This document shows, piece by piece, positions 36,949-48,423 of a DNA stretch of 54,952 nucleotides; the stretch's first letter is position 1, and each line of letters opens with the position of its first letter. Source of the stretch: Podarcis bocagei (taxonomy: Eukaryota); assembly GCA_964188305.1 (NCBI GenBank), contig OZ076896.1; one strand, written 5' to 3'. The notes beneath the pieces are model-generated. The model did no database searches. It saw only the letters and a program-made list of their open reading frames with translations, and was not told where the DNA came from. A program made the translations under genes and the position numbers.

Positions 36949-38811
36949 CTTTTCTCTTCATAGTGGCCAGCTTTGGCAAAGGTAGGTTGCCCATGTTCAT
37001 CAATACATGTTTGCCATTGAAATCCCAGTTTCTATATTTGGGACTTCCAGTCACCACAGCCATTTTTAGTCGGAAATGCTTTGTATTAAATCATGCGTTT
37101 CTCTTTCCCCATTTCTGGCAACATGGAGAACAGGACTAAGTGTACTTAGGATCTTAGCCTTAGTGATGCCTTCTTCTGTTAGTGGATACATTTTTAAATT
37201 GGGAACTCTTTGCTACATTTTGAAAGCATTAGATTCCCCGTTTCTTCCTGAGATTGCAAAGCTTTACCGAAGCAGAGAAACATTTGCCTTGTTTATGAAC
37301 AAACAGGTGCTATAATGTTGCAGGTGGCACCCTACCACACAGTATTAAAAATGTATGTTATTTTGTTTATGTGAGTGGCATGCTAGTGATATTTGGCACA
37401 GATATTTCCAACAGAGGATTTCTTTTTAAATGAAAGTGGTTGTTTTGCTCTTAAAGTGGGATGTTTACATGAACATGCAATATTGTGCTTTATATTTTCA
37501 ATTAAAGTGCAGGAACATATGAGAAGCATTTAGGCTCCTCAAAGGAGAGATCGCTAAATTTTTTTTTTTAAAAAAACCCAAAACCAAAATCAAAATACTT
37601 TTCATTAAGAAGATTGGGGTGGGGGGAGGATATAGACATAGAAAATGGATTATGCAAAACTACTCAGCCAGAATCCACTTTGTTGTGACACAAGGCGACT
37701 TAAGTGCTAGTTTAATTACTTTAATTGTTAGTGTCCTAGATTTCAGTTCCTTTTTTTTTCTAGGTAGAAAGGTCCTCAAGTGTATCTATAATTCCCTCTG
37801 CTAATTTATTCTGTGTCATTATTTACTGAAAGCATTAGGCTTTGTTTAGTAAAAGTTCCCCAATGAATCAAATTATGGCACTGTTACTGCCTGTGTAAAC
37901 AGAAGGACAAGTGCATTAGTAAAGAAATCACTCTCATCATTTGGGAAGATGTGCATCTAACGATGAAAGGTTCCACAGCCCTACACTCAGCTTTAACAAG
38001 CAAGGAAAGCTGCCTACCTTCAGCATCTTTGAAACCCTAATCACTTTGAAAGAAGCGACAACTTAAACTTTGGTGCTGGGCATCCCATTCCCATAAAAAA
38101 ACACTTTAATGGCTGTGCTGCTATGCCCTACTTACCAAATACACTCCCCTCTCACTACTAAGGATGGATCACAGTGACTTTCATCACTGTTTATGACGTC
38201 TGTGCCAATGAGCAACCTACATTGCTCACAAAGTATCTTTGCTAGTAGTTTCTACATGCTGTGGGAATCCTGAGCTTGCACAGGGTCCCCAGCATGTGTG
38301 GAATATATTGCATAACCTGACGCCTATTATCTACACATCATAGGCAAGTATACCTTATTTATACAGTCCCTCCATTTCAAAAAGGGAGTGGGTGGGTTGT
38401 GGGTGCATGCATCTGCTCCCATGCTCAGGACTTGCTCCAGTACATAACCCTAATCTTTCCTTATATAGGACTCTTTGTATTTACAATGAAAGTAGCCTGT
38501 TCTCTAAGAATATAAGAATAAGACCAGAGTTCTGTCTATTCCAGGTGCTAGACACCACTATGGCTGCCACTGTACTCCCAGGCCCAAAATGTTTTGAGCT
38601 GTAACAAAGCTCAAAAACTGGCACTTTTGAGAACCTCTTTCTCATTTTGGGCTATTTTCTTCCTTGTTTCCATATCACCGTCTGGTGTTTTCCTTTCCCA
38701 AACAATGACGCCGTCATCATCGCCATTTTATGAATCTCCTTTCACATGTGTGCCACAGCAGTTTGCAAACAGATTGTAAAAAAACAATGGAACATAGTTT
38801 TAAAAACAGTA

Positions 38812-38895
38812 AGGTAAAGGTAAAGGGACCCCTGACCATTAAGTCCAGTTGCGGATGACTCTGGGGTTGTGGCGCTCATCTCACTTTATTGGCTG
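38812..38895 (-). mobile_element. 5'-truncated Sauria SINE
   Basis: (AAAGGT)n tail plus ~70 bp of body; 13-bp TSD TTTAAAAACAGTA (38799-38811, 38896-38908). Confidence 0.9.
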
Positions 38896-39074
38896 TTTAA
38901 AAACAGTACTGTTGCCAAATGAGGTAGCGGGGAACCTGTCATATGTTGACAGGAATGCTGTTCCACAGAACAGGGGCAACCACACTGATTGGAGCGACCC
39001 TGCTTGGAGTTGCTGCAGGGCAAGCTTTTGATATTTTTGGGAAATTCTCCTTGACTACAGGCCATAGCACAACA

Positions 39075-39700
39075 GAGACCTGCCTTATACTGAGTCAGAC
39101 CATTGGTCCATATAACTCAGCATTGTCTACACTGACTGACAGCAGCTCACCAGGGTTTCAGGCAAGGTTGTCTCCCAGTCCTACCTGAAGATGTTGGGGA
39201 TTGCATCTGGGACCTTCTGCAACAGCAGCAAGAATATTATTGGCCCAAAAATGGAAGCAAGAAGAGTTACCGTCGATTGAAGAATGGAGGATGAAGCTAA
39301 TGGACTATGCAGAATTAGATAAACTAACAGGAAGGATTCGAAACTGGCGAGACCAGAAATTCACGGAAGACTGGAGTAAATTTATGGACTATTTGAAAAG
39401 TACCGGTAATTGTGAAGAACAGATGATGTTTGTAGGGTTGCAAGAAGTTTTGTGAGGAGTATTATTAGAAGTATTGTAAAAATGGACAAGGGGGAGGATG
39501 ATTTGTTAAGAGATGTAAAGGCAATCTAAAGTTAAGAAATGCATAAGAAGTGGTTAAAACGATGGATCATCAGAGGTGCTGATGGAAGTCCAAAAAGATT
39601 GTATAAGTGATAAGCTTTGTGGTACATTTTATAATTTATATGTTAAAATTAATAAAAAATTACCTTCTGCATGCAAAGCAGATGTTCTACCACTGAGCAC
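39075..39700 (-). mobile_element. Squam2-like SINE split by L1 (parts 39075-39221 and 39662-39700)
   Basis: CTGCCTTATACTGAGTCAGACCATTGGTCCAT ... GGGACCTTCTGCA|TGCAAAGCAGATGTTCTACCACTGAGC. Confidence 0.85.
39222..39661 (+). mobile_element. 5'-truncated L1 3' end (divergent lineage)
   Basis: TAARILLAQKWKQEELPSIEEWRMKLMDYAEL...; AATAAA; 10-bp TSD ACCTTCTGCA (39212-39221, 39662-39671). Confidence 0.92.
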
Positions 39701-40039
39701 ATGGTGCCGAGACATCTAAGGGTGGCTACTTTCACTTCTGCTGAGTTGGTGAATGGGGCACCTTTCAGGCTGTCTAGAAATGCAGAAGCCACCAACTTGT
39801 TGGACCAGCTGCTTCTGGCCTGGGTTTGATGGAATTAGGTGAGGAGAGGGTTACAGAACCACCAGGCCGGGCAGTCAACACAGCTTGCAGGCTCCCTAGC
39901 CATGCCTCCTACAGGGATACTCTGATAAACGGCTCCATAGTGACTCTAGGTTCAGACAACCATAGTTCCTGGTTGAAATGGTGAGATAATGAATATCTAG
40001 GCAGGTTACTGAGGTAGACATTATGAAGTAAATGAATCA

Positions 40040-40480
40040 TCTTTTAAATAACAAATGCAGTCAGTTGATGTATTTATGATGAAATAGCAACAAATTGTTG
40101 GCATTAAAAAGCTGGTTGTCAGAGGAAAATTATAACCTCATTGTGACTACTGTCTGTGGCTGATTTCAGCATGCAGGACCACGGGGGCATTCTGGAATGC
40201 TGAAATAAAGGGTGAGACACAGAGTCATATATCAAGGGGAATTTGGAGGTTAAGGAATTGAAACTGTCAAGTGCTAAGAAATATAGTGAATCTGTCTTCT
40301 GCGAGCCAGAAGCGAGGACGACTAATTGGCTGATAATAGTGAACACTCCGGACCCCCAGGTCAGGAAACATATCAGAATGATGCAGTGAGATAAAAAGTG
40401 CTGAAAGACTAACACGATTGAGATTACATGATTAAAGTCTCCCAACATTAATTGGGAAGTACTAGAAGTACTTTCAGGTA
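40040..40480 (+). mobile_element. Ancient CR1-type endonuclease-domain fossil
   Basis: Frameshifted motifs ITNAVS ... SNKL...SEENYNLI ... YIKGNLEVKEL ... ESVFCE ... PPGQE ... PNINWE, in the order expected for CR1 APE (YTNARS/NK/EENYDLI/LYVK/ESLW/YRPP/DFN.PDI.W). Confidence 0.55.
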
Positions 40481-40836
40481 ATAGGAACCATTATGGTCAA
40501 TACACTGAGTTTCAAAGTTTGTCAGAATCAAGCACCTAATGTCTCCTACCCCACTTAGTTGGGTGGGATCTAATTAATTGATCATGTAGGGAAGAGAAGA
40601 TCAAACTGGTCGATTGTGAAGACTGGTTAACACACAGCCCAGGTGGACAGGTCAGCTACCTGATGAGTTAAAAGAGCAAACTTCAGGCTCATTCACTCTT
40701 TCCTACCATATATGTATAAAATATCCTGGGACACATACAAGGTTTACGTGTACATCCACTTACGTCTCACCCACCTGAGTATCCTGGGTTTCATGGTAGA
40801 CTATGTGGGTTATGAGCAAGGATGCGTGAGCTAGAG

Positions 40837-40972
40837 CAGGCATCCCCAAACTCGGCCCTCCAGATGTTTTGGGACTACAATTCCCATCATCCCTGACCAC
40901 TGGTCCTGTTAGCTAGGGATGATGGGAGTTGTAGTCCCAAAAGATCTAAAGGGCTGAGTTTGGGGATGCCTG
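40837..40972. mobile_element. hAT-type palindromic MITE
   Basis: TIRs CAGGCATCCCCAAACTC / GAGTTTGGGGATGCCTG; TSD AGCTAGAG / AGCCAGAG. Confidence 0.9.
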
Positions 40973-41280
40973 AGCCAGAGAGTTGTTCCTATAACCAAGG
41001 AGTAGTTAACATGATGCCCTCTAGAAGCTTCTGAACTCCAACTTCCATCAGTACCAGCCAGGATGATTTCCATGTGAGTATCATGGAAGAACTGGAAATT
41101 CTTAGTTATTAATTTTTTTATTATTGCATTTTCATTGCTACGTTAGGGGAGATGTGCCCCAGGTGCCAAAATAAGTTGACTGCGAGAGCTATGCACCATT
41201 TGCTGTTCTGCCTTGAGCATCAAAATTTCTTGGGCTGTCCTTGCAAAGGGCACATTAGAAGCATCTCGGTGTAGATTGCA

Positions 41281-41412
41281 AAGTGTGTATCCCAGATGTG
41301 AATGCACACTGGATTGATAGAAAGTTAGAGTAGAAAATAATCTTTATTCTATATTCTATTTCTTTTTTCAAAAATACAATCCAGCGTCAGTTGACATCTG
41401 GGACACACACTT
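41281..41412. repeat. Inverted repeat, 36-bp arms (30/36 match)
   Basis: 41281-41316 versus the reverse complement of 41377-41412. Confidence 0.8.
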
Positions 41413-44084
41413 GCATTGCAAATGTTCACATCATTACATTTTAGACAAGTTCACCCAATAAAAACAACATACCCACAATCACTAAAGTGAATTAGAAGTA
41501 GTGAGTGGAATTCAGCAACAAGGCAATCTCAGAGCAAGCATTTCTGGTTGCCAGATGGAACTATCTCCTCTTTCCTTCCCTGCACACTGTTCTGGGAGGG
41601 TGTCTTCTGACCTGCTGGAGCCAATTGGGGAACATGGGGGCACATAGGAGAAGAAGAGGGGAGAGGTCCTGTTGTGCCAGCAGGACTTGAATCCAGCCCA
41701 CAATCCCTATGTCAACATGTATCCACCATGAGTGTGCATAGTGATGGAACTATCTGACAAGCAGGCAAAGGTAAATTTGTGAAACACACTCCTCATGCCC
41801 TTTTCAAACTAAGCTGAAATTCCTAGTGCAGTTTGGAACTCACTTTGGTGGGTTAACCCAATGTCAGCCAATCCTCCTCTTGAGAAGCAGGGGGTGACAT
41901 TGGGGAAGCCTCACAGCAGTATGAAATGAAGGACTCTGAAATGAGCCTGGAGAAATGGAGACACTTTCTGATGGCTGTGATTCTTCTAAATGTGATTGGG
42001 AGATTTCATTGCTGCTCGGGTGCTAGGAATCCAAGCCTCAACTGTTCCAGTCCTCCTTGCCACCATGTTCTGTCATCTTTATTAATGTAAATCTGATATA
42101 TTGTGGGACAAGGGATATTGATGGCAGGCACTGGTAGGAAGTTTCCCTGGACTTGGCCTTTCTGTAGTATCTTGGAGAAAAGCCTAAACTGTCTCAAAAC
42201 CTTCTCCAAGAAAGCTTAGGAAGCCTGAGCCAGTTTCAAATCAAGGTAGATGAGGTCTCTCATCACTACTTTTATATGTGCAACACAGAATGGAAACATG
42301 TGGTAATAGATAAGTAAGGACAATTCCAAATGTGTTTAATGGATAAGGAGAAGATGGGTCACCCACAATCCACACATTCATCTTGCCAATGACTGTTCCA
42401 CCTGCGGATTACAATCTCTGTGCTAATAATTCACATGGAGTTGGATCAGTGTGGATGCCATAGCTACTGTTGTAGCAGATCAACAAATGTAGCTCAAAAT
42501 CCTCCTGCATCTTTGATGTTACTTCCTTTTTGGTGCTACTGGTCAGAGTGCTGTTTCAGAAGTGCCACCGTAATGAAAGCATGATAAAGAATAATAGAAT
42601 CCGTGATTCTCTTTGTTAGGCATTTTGTGAATCAAATAAATCTCAAAGAAATGATGCAGATTAGGACAGAATTGGGAGAGCATTTCCATAAATATGAGAA
42701 TGAAAGAAAAATTTTCCTGATTGTGTGACTGAAGGGGTATGTTAGTGAATATGAAAGGATTATGAATCTCTGTTATGTTATCTTGAGACTATGCCAAAAA
42801 GTAAAGAATCATGGGTTTTAGTCTCGGCAACAGATGGCAAGAACAAACACATTTTTTATTTTTGTAAAAAAAATAAATTAGTAATTAAAGTATGAGATTA
42901 TGAGAATGCACAAAAAGAGCTCTGCATTGTCAACACAATTGCTTTCTAAACTTTATACCATTGTGACCCTGATGATAAGTTGTTCTCTTTTGAGCAACCT
43001 TAGTCAACAATTTGTGAAATGCAGCAATTGTGTAGAAGTAGTTTGGATGATCCTGTATGCTTTCATAGTTATAATAGAAGCTGACATAAATCATTTTCAT
43101 TTAAAATGATTAAGGCTGTTCCTCTGTATTATGTTGCCTCTCACTCTCTTGTGACATGATTTTATAACAGAATCCCTCATCATAATGCTGTATAACATTT
43201 GTCAAGTCAAAGGCAGTTTTATTCCACTAGTTGATCTCAGTAGAAGAATTGTTTTTTTCAGTTCAGCAAACTAATCTTCCTGACAGCAAAAGAATAAGCA
43301 TTTTGATTGTTTCTTTAGTGATGTTGAAACTGCAGAAAGGGATGTTCTTGTCATCAAGGGTAGGGATGGAGTAGCAAAGTATTCTGTTGTTCCCAAGGCA
43401 TGTTGGGGAACTATCTTTTTTCTCTTTCCCAAAGTACATAAGCTCAACTTCAGATGTTCATACACCATGTCAGAAGCTGTGAGGTTTGTATGCATTGGTA
43501 GTCAGAAATACGGATACCTATTCATGTCCACTCAGAAGTAAGTCCCTCTGAGTTCAGTGAAACTTAATCCACATAAATGTGTATAGGATTCAAACCTGAG
43601 CTACCAGAAGCAGATTCTGCAGAGTGCCACCACATTGTTCAGTGATAAATATTTGCTGTTTCAGAGTTGCTGAAATCATTTTGCCTCTGTCAACTGTTTT
43701 TCACAAGTACGAAAGCCTACAGTTACCACTGTGAGTACCACAATTTTCCTGGTAGCTTTCTCTGTGTTTATCAATGCAGATGCCTTCGTATAAGGTCTAA
43801 AACCAAGGCAATAGCTATCTGGACCTGTTTGTTGTAATGCATGATGATGTGTCATGAAGACTGCATCACCAGTGCTCGTTTTTATGTACTATTGTCTATA
43901 CTCAAAACACAAATTCCAGCTTCAGTGAATGACACATACATTTCCTCAAAACTTCAGGTTAATCATATTTTGCACAGGTTTTCCACTGGCAATAAGAAGG
44001 CAAAATCATTCATACATGCTGAGAAGCATGACTTAACTCTCTATAGTTGCCAGCCCATGCTCTGCTAGGGTTCTAAATAAGAAC

Positions 44085-44245
44085 ACAGGAAGCTTGATAT
44101 CCATCAAGCTTAATATTTTTTACACTGGCTGACAGAGGCTCTCTAGGGTGTCAGAGAAACATCTTTCCAGGTAGTACCTGGAAAAGACAGGTATTGAACC
44201 TCGAATATTTTGCATGCAAAGCAGATATTCTAACATTGAGCTCTA
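44085..44245 (-). mobile_element. Degraded Squam2-like SINE
   Basis: ATTGAACC...TTGCATGCAAAGCAGAT.TTCTAACATTGAGCT head on the - strand. Confidence 0.6.
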
Positions 44246-44297
44246 GTCTTCTCCAGTGATATGGCTTCCCCACTTTCTACCAGTGATGGATTTAGTG

Positions 44298-44420
44298 CAG
44301 TGTTTCCCAAACTTGGGTCTCCAGCTGTTTTGGGGCTACAGTCCCCATCATCCCTGCTAGCTAGGCATGATGGGAGATGTAGTCCAAAAACAGCTGTTGA
44401 CCCAAGTTTGGGAAGCATTG
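44298..44420. mobile_element. hAT-type palindromic MITE (internally deleted)
   Basis: TIR CAGTGTTTCCCAAACTTGGG; perfect 8-bp TSD ATTTAGTG (44290-44297, 44421-44428). Confidence 0.9.
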
Positions 44421-45797
44421 ATTTAGTGAGTCATTGTAAGCTCTACCATGCAATCTTTAATTGTGTTGATGACACAAATTGATCATTTGAGGTCATTATT
44501 TCTGTGACTAAAATATATTGACCTTCTGAAGATCACTGACCTTTGACTATTACACAACTCAAACCATCATAGTGGTACTTTATTGAAGTCCACAATTCCA
44601 CTGTAATGCACAATACAGAACTTTGCTGGGAAATTTAGAATAATCTTTCCCTTTCTCCCAAACTCAGTCTTCCATTGAAAAAAAAAAAATGAACAGAACT
44701 GTGATTTTAACAAATATTTGAACCATGTCATTGTTTCAAATCATTTTTAAAATAAAAAAAATAAACACGGTCCAATTCTGAATATGAAACATTCTTTTCA
44801 AATAACTGAAGATAAGTTATCGTAGTCTTCATAGTTCAGAATATATTATTAGACCTTGCTTGCCCACAGATGTAGATAACAATATATTATGTAAAATGAG
44901 GTGGATGGCAATATTAGTCTTTCTCCTCTGCTGCAAGCATCTTTGCAAGAACACAAGAGATTTCTAAGGCATGGTCTATGGTATAAATTCTTAGAACTCT
45001 TCTCATGCACAGGTTTTGCATCTAGATGAGAGACATAAACATGTGAGCTGGGATGAGAGAATGCTCCATCAAATAATATGGATTTTTGGTTGTGTGTTTG
45101 CGGGGGGGGGGGGTAAATTAAGATGCTTGCAAGTAACCATTCTGTATTCTGCTAGGCAGGAGAAACACATTTTAAGATCATGATAAATGGATCTTGATAA
45201 ATGTACGCATTGCATGGAACGCAGCTCCTTTTAAAGTACAAATTACTGAATAATGCATGTCCCCGTGTGCTGAAGTTCTGCGGGACTTTTCTTTTTACAA
45301 GTATAGATGACCTTTTTTGTGAACGTGTGATGGATACGTCTGCGAATAAGACATCAGTCCCTTGTCCCCGCTACTGTTTTGTGTTGCAAAGCCAGTGTGT
45401 ACACAAGCGCAGGAGGACAGTTGTACACAGCAAAACGCAGAAGAGGAGTCTCAGCTGGCAATGATAAAACCTAAACCACACACATTGCAGATTACTTCCA
45501 TTAATCTCTTTTTGATTGCTGGAGTATTTATGTTGGGAACTCAGTTGAATATTTCATTCATGAGCTGCTGTGCGGATTTGATGGATTATTAGTTAATAGG
45601 AACTTTTAAAGTGCTAAGGCAGTACATGACCTTACTTAATTACCTCCGTGGTAAAATTGTTTATCTTTAATAACTGTTTTAATTGCTGTGAAAGTTGGTG
45701 GCGCATGTATCATATCTCAATATATATTTGTTAGACACACCACAATGATGCTTATAATATAACCTGTACAGCTGTAATTAAATGGGTATGTGCCTTG

Positions 45798-45821
45798 TGT
45801 GTGTGTGTGTGTGTGTGTGTG

Positions 45822-45847
<26 letters not shown>
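45798..45847. repeat. (TG)n(CA)n perfect 50-bp palindrome
   Basis: 25-nt TG arm directly abutting a 25-nt AC arm, centre GTAC. Confidence 0.92.
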
Positions 45848-45854
<7 letters not shown>

Positions 45855-46291
45855 AGGTTATTACTTCCTTGTTTGGTTCAGAACCTGATTGTTCTTTTAT
45901 TTCTTTGCAATATTTTCTTTCTGAAAGGGCAGATTTTCACAATATATATATATTTTTTTATAATAGTTTTTTATTGCTTTTTTTTCCAAGGTCAGAATAC
46001 ATCGTCAGTAACACAACAAAAGCGGTTTTACAGAAAGAAAAAAAGAAATTATAGAAGAAAATTCACTTTTTCAAATCAATTTTCATGATCAACCGGACTT
46101 CCCCACGTCCTCCATCCCCTGCTTTCTTTACAATAAAAATAAACAGCAAATTAATACCTTATTTCATATGTTTTTGTGCTTTCATTTGGTTATATAGTCT
46201 GCAATTTATACTTTTCTAGATCATAACTTGGTTTCCATCATTTACCAATCTCAATACTGAAGCATGTTTTTCCCAAAGGCTTAGCAAATTC

Positions 46292-48025
46292 TCAACATTC
46301 ATATAACTTATAGTGTTTTTGCAAATAGTCCTTAAATTTTTTCCAGTCCTCTTCCACTTCCTCTTCTCCCAGATCTCGGATTCTGCCTGTCATTTCGGCT
46401 AATTCCATGTAGTCCATCAGCTGCGAATGCCACTCTTCCAGCGTGGGTAACTCCTGTGCCTTCCAATATTTAGCTATAAGGATTCTTGCTGCTGTAGTTG
46501 CATATAAAAAGAAAGTTCTATCTTTCTTTGACACTCTCTGGCCCACAATGCCCAGGAGGAAGGCCTCTGGTTTCTTGTGAAAGGTGTACTTAAACACCTT
46601 TTTCAACTCATTATAAATCATTTCCCAAAAAGCCTTCACCCTCGGGCATGTCCACCAGAGGTGAAAGAATGTTCCTTCAGCCTCCTTACATTTCCAACAT
46701 TTATTGTCAGACAGATGGTATATCTTTGCAAGTTTAACTGGGGTCATGTACCACCTGTATACCATTTTCATAATGTTTTCTTTTAAGGCACTACATGCCG
46801 TGAATTTCATACCGGTGGTCCATAACCTTTCCCAGTCTTCAAACATAATGTTGTACCCAATGTCCTGAGCCCATTTTATCATAGCTGATTTAACTGTCTC
46901 GTCTTGAGTATTCCATTTAAGCAACAAGTTATACATTCTTGAAAGCACCTTCGTCTTAGGTTCAAGTAGTTCTGTCTCTAGTTTTGATTTTTCCACCTGG
47001 AAACCAATTTTTTTATCCTTTTTAAACACCTCTAGAATTTGGGCATAATGGAACCAATCTCGCACCTTTCCCTTCAATTTTTCAAAGCTCTGCAACCTCC
47101 AAGTGTCACCATCTCTTTCAATTAACTCACAGTATTTTGCCCAGCCACTCCCCATGTTACGTAGTTTAATGGCTTTAGCCTCCGTCGGTGATAACCACCT
47201 CGGGGTCTTACTTTCAAGTAAGTCCTTATATTTAGTCCAGACAATGAATAGAGCTTTCCTGACAATATGGTTTTTAAACAGTTTATGAAGCTTTACCTTG
47301 TCGTACCACAAATATGCATGCCACCCAAAAGCATTACTATGCCCTTCCAGATCTAGGACATCAGTGTTTTCTAGCAGAAACCAATCCTTCATCCAGCAGA
47401 AGGATGCAGCTTCATAATACAATCTTAAGTCCGGCAGGGCAAACCCCCCTCTTTCCTTTGCATCTGTTAGTATCTTAAATTTTATTCGGGGCTTTTTGCC
47501 CTGCCAGACAAACTTCGTGATATCCCTCTGCCACTTTCCAAAACATTCCACTCTGTCCACGATCTGGAGGGTTTGGAACAGAAACAACATTCTTGGCAAT
47601 ACATTCATCTTAACTGCTGCAATTCTTCCCGACAAGGAAAGTTTCAATCTTGACCAAGTTTCTAAGTCCTTTTTAATTTCCAACCAGCATTTTTCATAGT
47701 TATCTTTAAATAGATTCAAATTTCTCCCAGTCAAGTTAACCCCCAGGTATTTCACTTTTGTAACCACATTTAATTCTGTTTCCTTCTGGAACCCATCTAT
47801 TTCTGATGGTGTCAAGTTTTTTGCCAAAACCTTAGTTTATTGTTTGTTCAACTTGAATCCCGCCACCCGACCAAACTCAGAAATTAGTTCTAAGGCTCTT
47901 TTTGTACTGGTTTCTGGCTCCTGTAATGTCAAAACCAAATCATCTGCAAAGGCCTTCAATTTGTATTGTTTTTCTCCGACCTGTATTCCTTCCACCAGCT
48001 GATCCCTCCTAATCAGGTTAAGCAT
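46292..48025 (-). pseudogene. ORF2: L1 ORF2 C-terminal half (RT FADD, KYLG, CCHC knuckle) with one in-frame stop
   Basis: LKAFADDL, VKYLGV, ERGGFALPDL, CWKC...FHLWWTC; the 47837-48025 and 46292-47827 ORFs are in the same frame, separated by a single TAA. Confidence 0.95.
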
Positions 48026-48423
48026 AAGATGGGCTGCCTGGATACAAGTAACATCGGACTGCGGTAACTGTATATAAATACAAAGTTATATTGGGCTACT
48101 TTGTAGTGGCAAAAAAAAAAAAAGGAACTGTTGCATGCACCTTTGTCAAGAACCTTTATTCTCTGCAGTTAAAATTGAATGTGGAGGGTTCCCTGTTTTG
48201 GACTTTATTTGGCCTTTTTTTGGGGGGGGGGACTTAATAGTAGGAATTTTCCATCCTTCCTTCCTTCCTAACTTTTTGGGAGCTCCCCCTACTGGATTGC
48301 AGAACTATTAGTCTCTGAGAACTGCTGGTTGACTTGGAACTTTTTATATCTGGATGTTTACTATCTTTTGGATTGTTTCCCATGGGATTTACAATTTGAC
48401 CTTGACTCAGGGACAGCTGTGGA

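Noticed and set aside
40119-40448. - strand ORF beginning MLGDFN (endonuclease-like motif)
   Set aside because: The rest does not fit an APE domain; the + strand explains the region better as a CR1 relic
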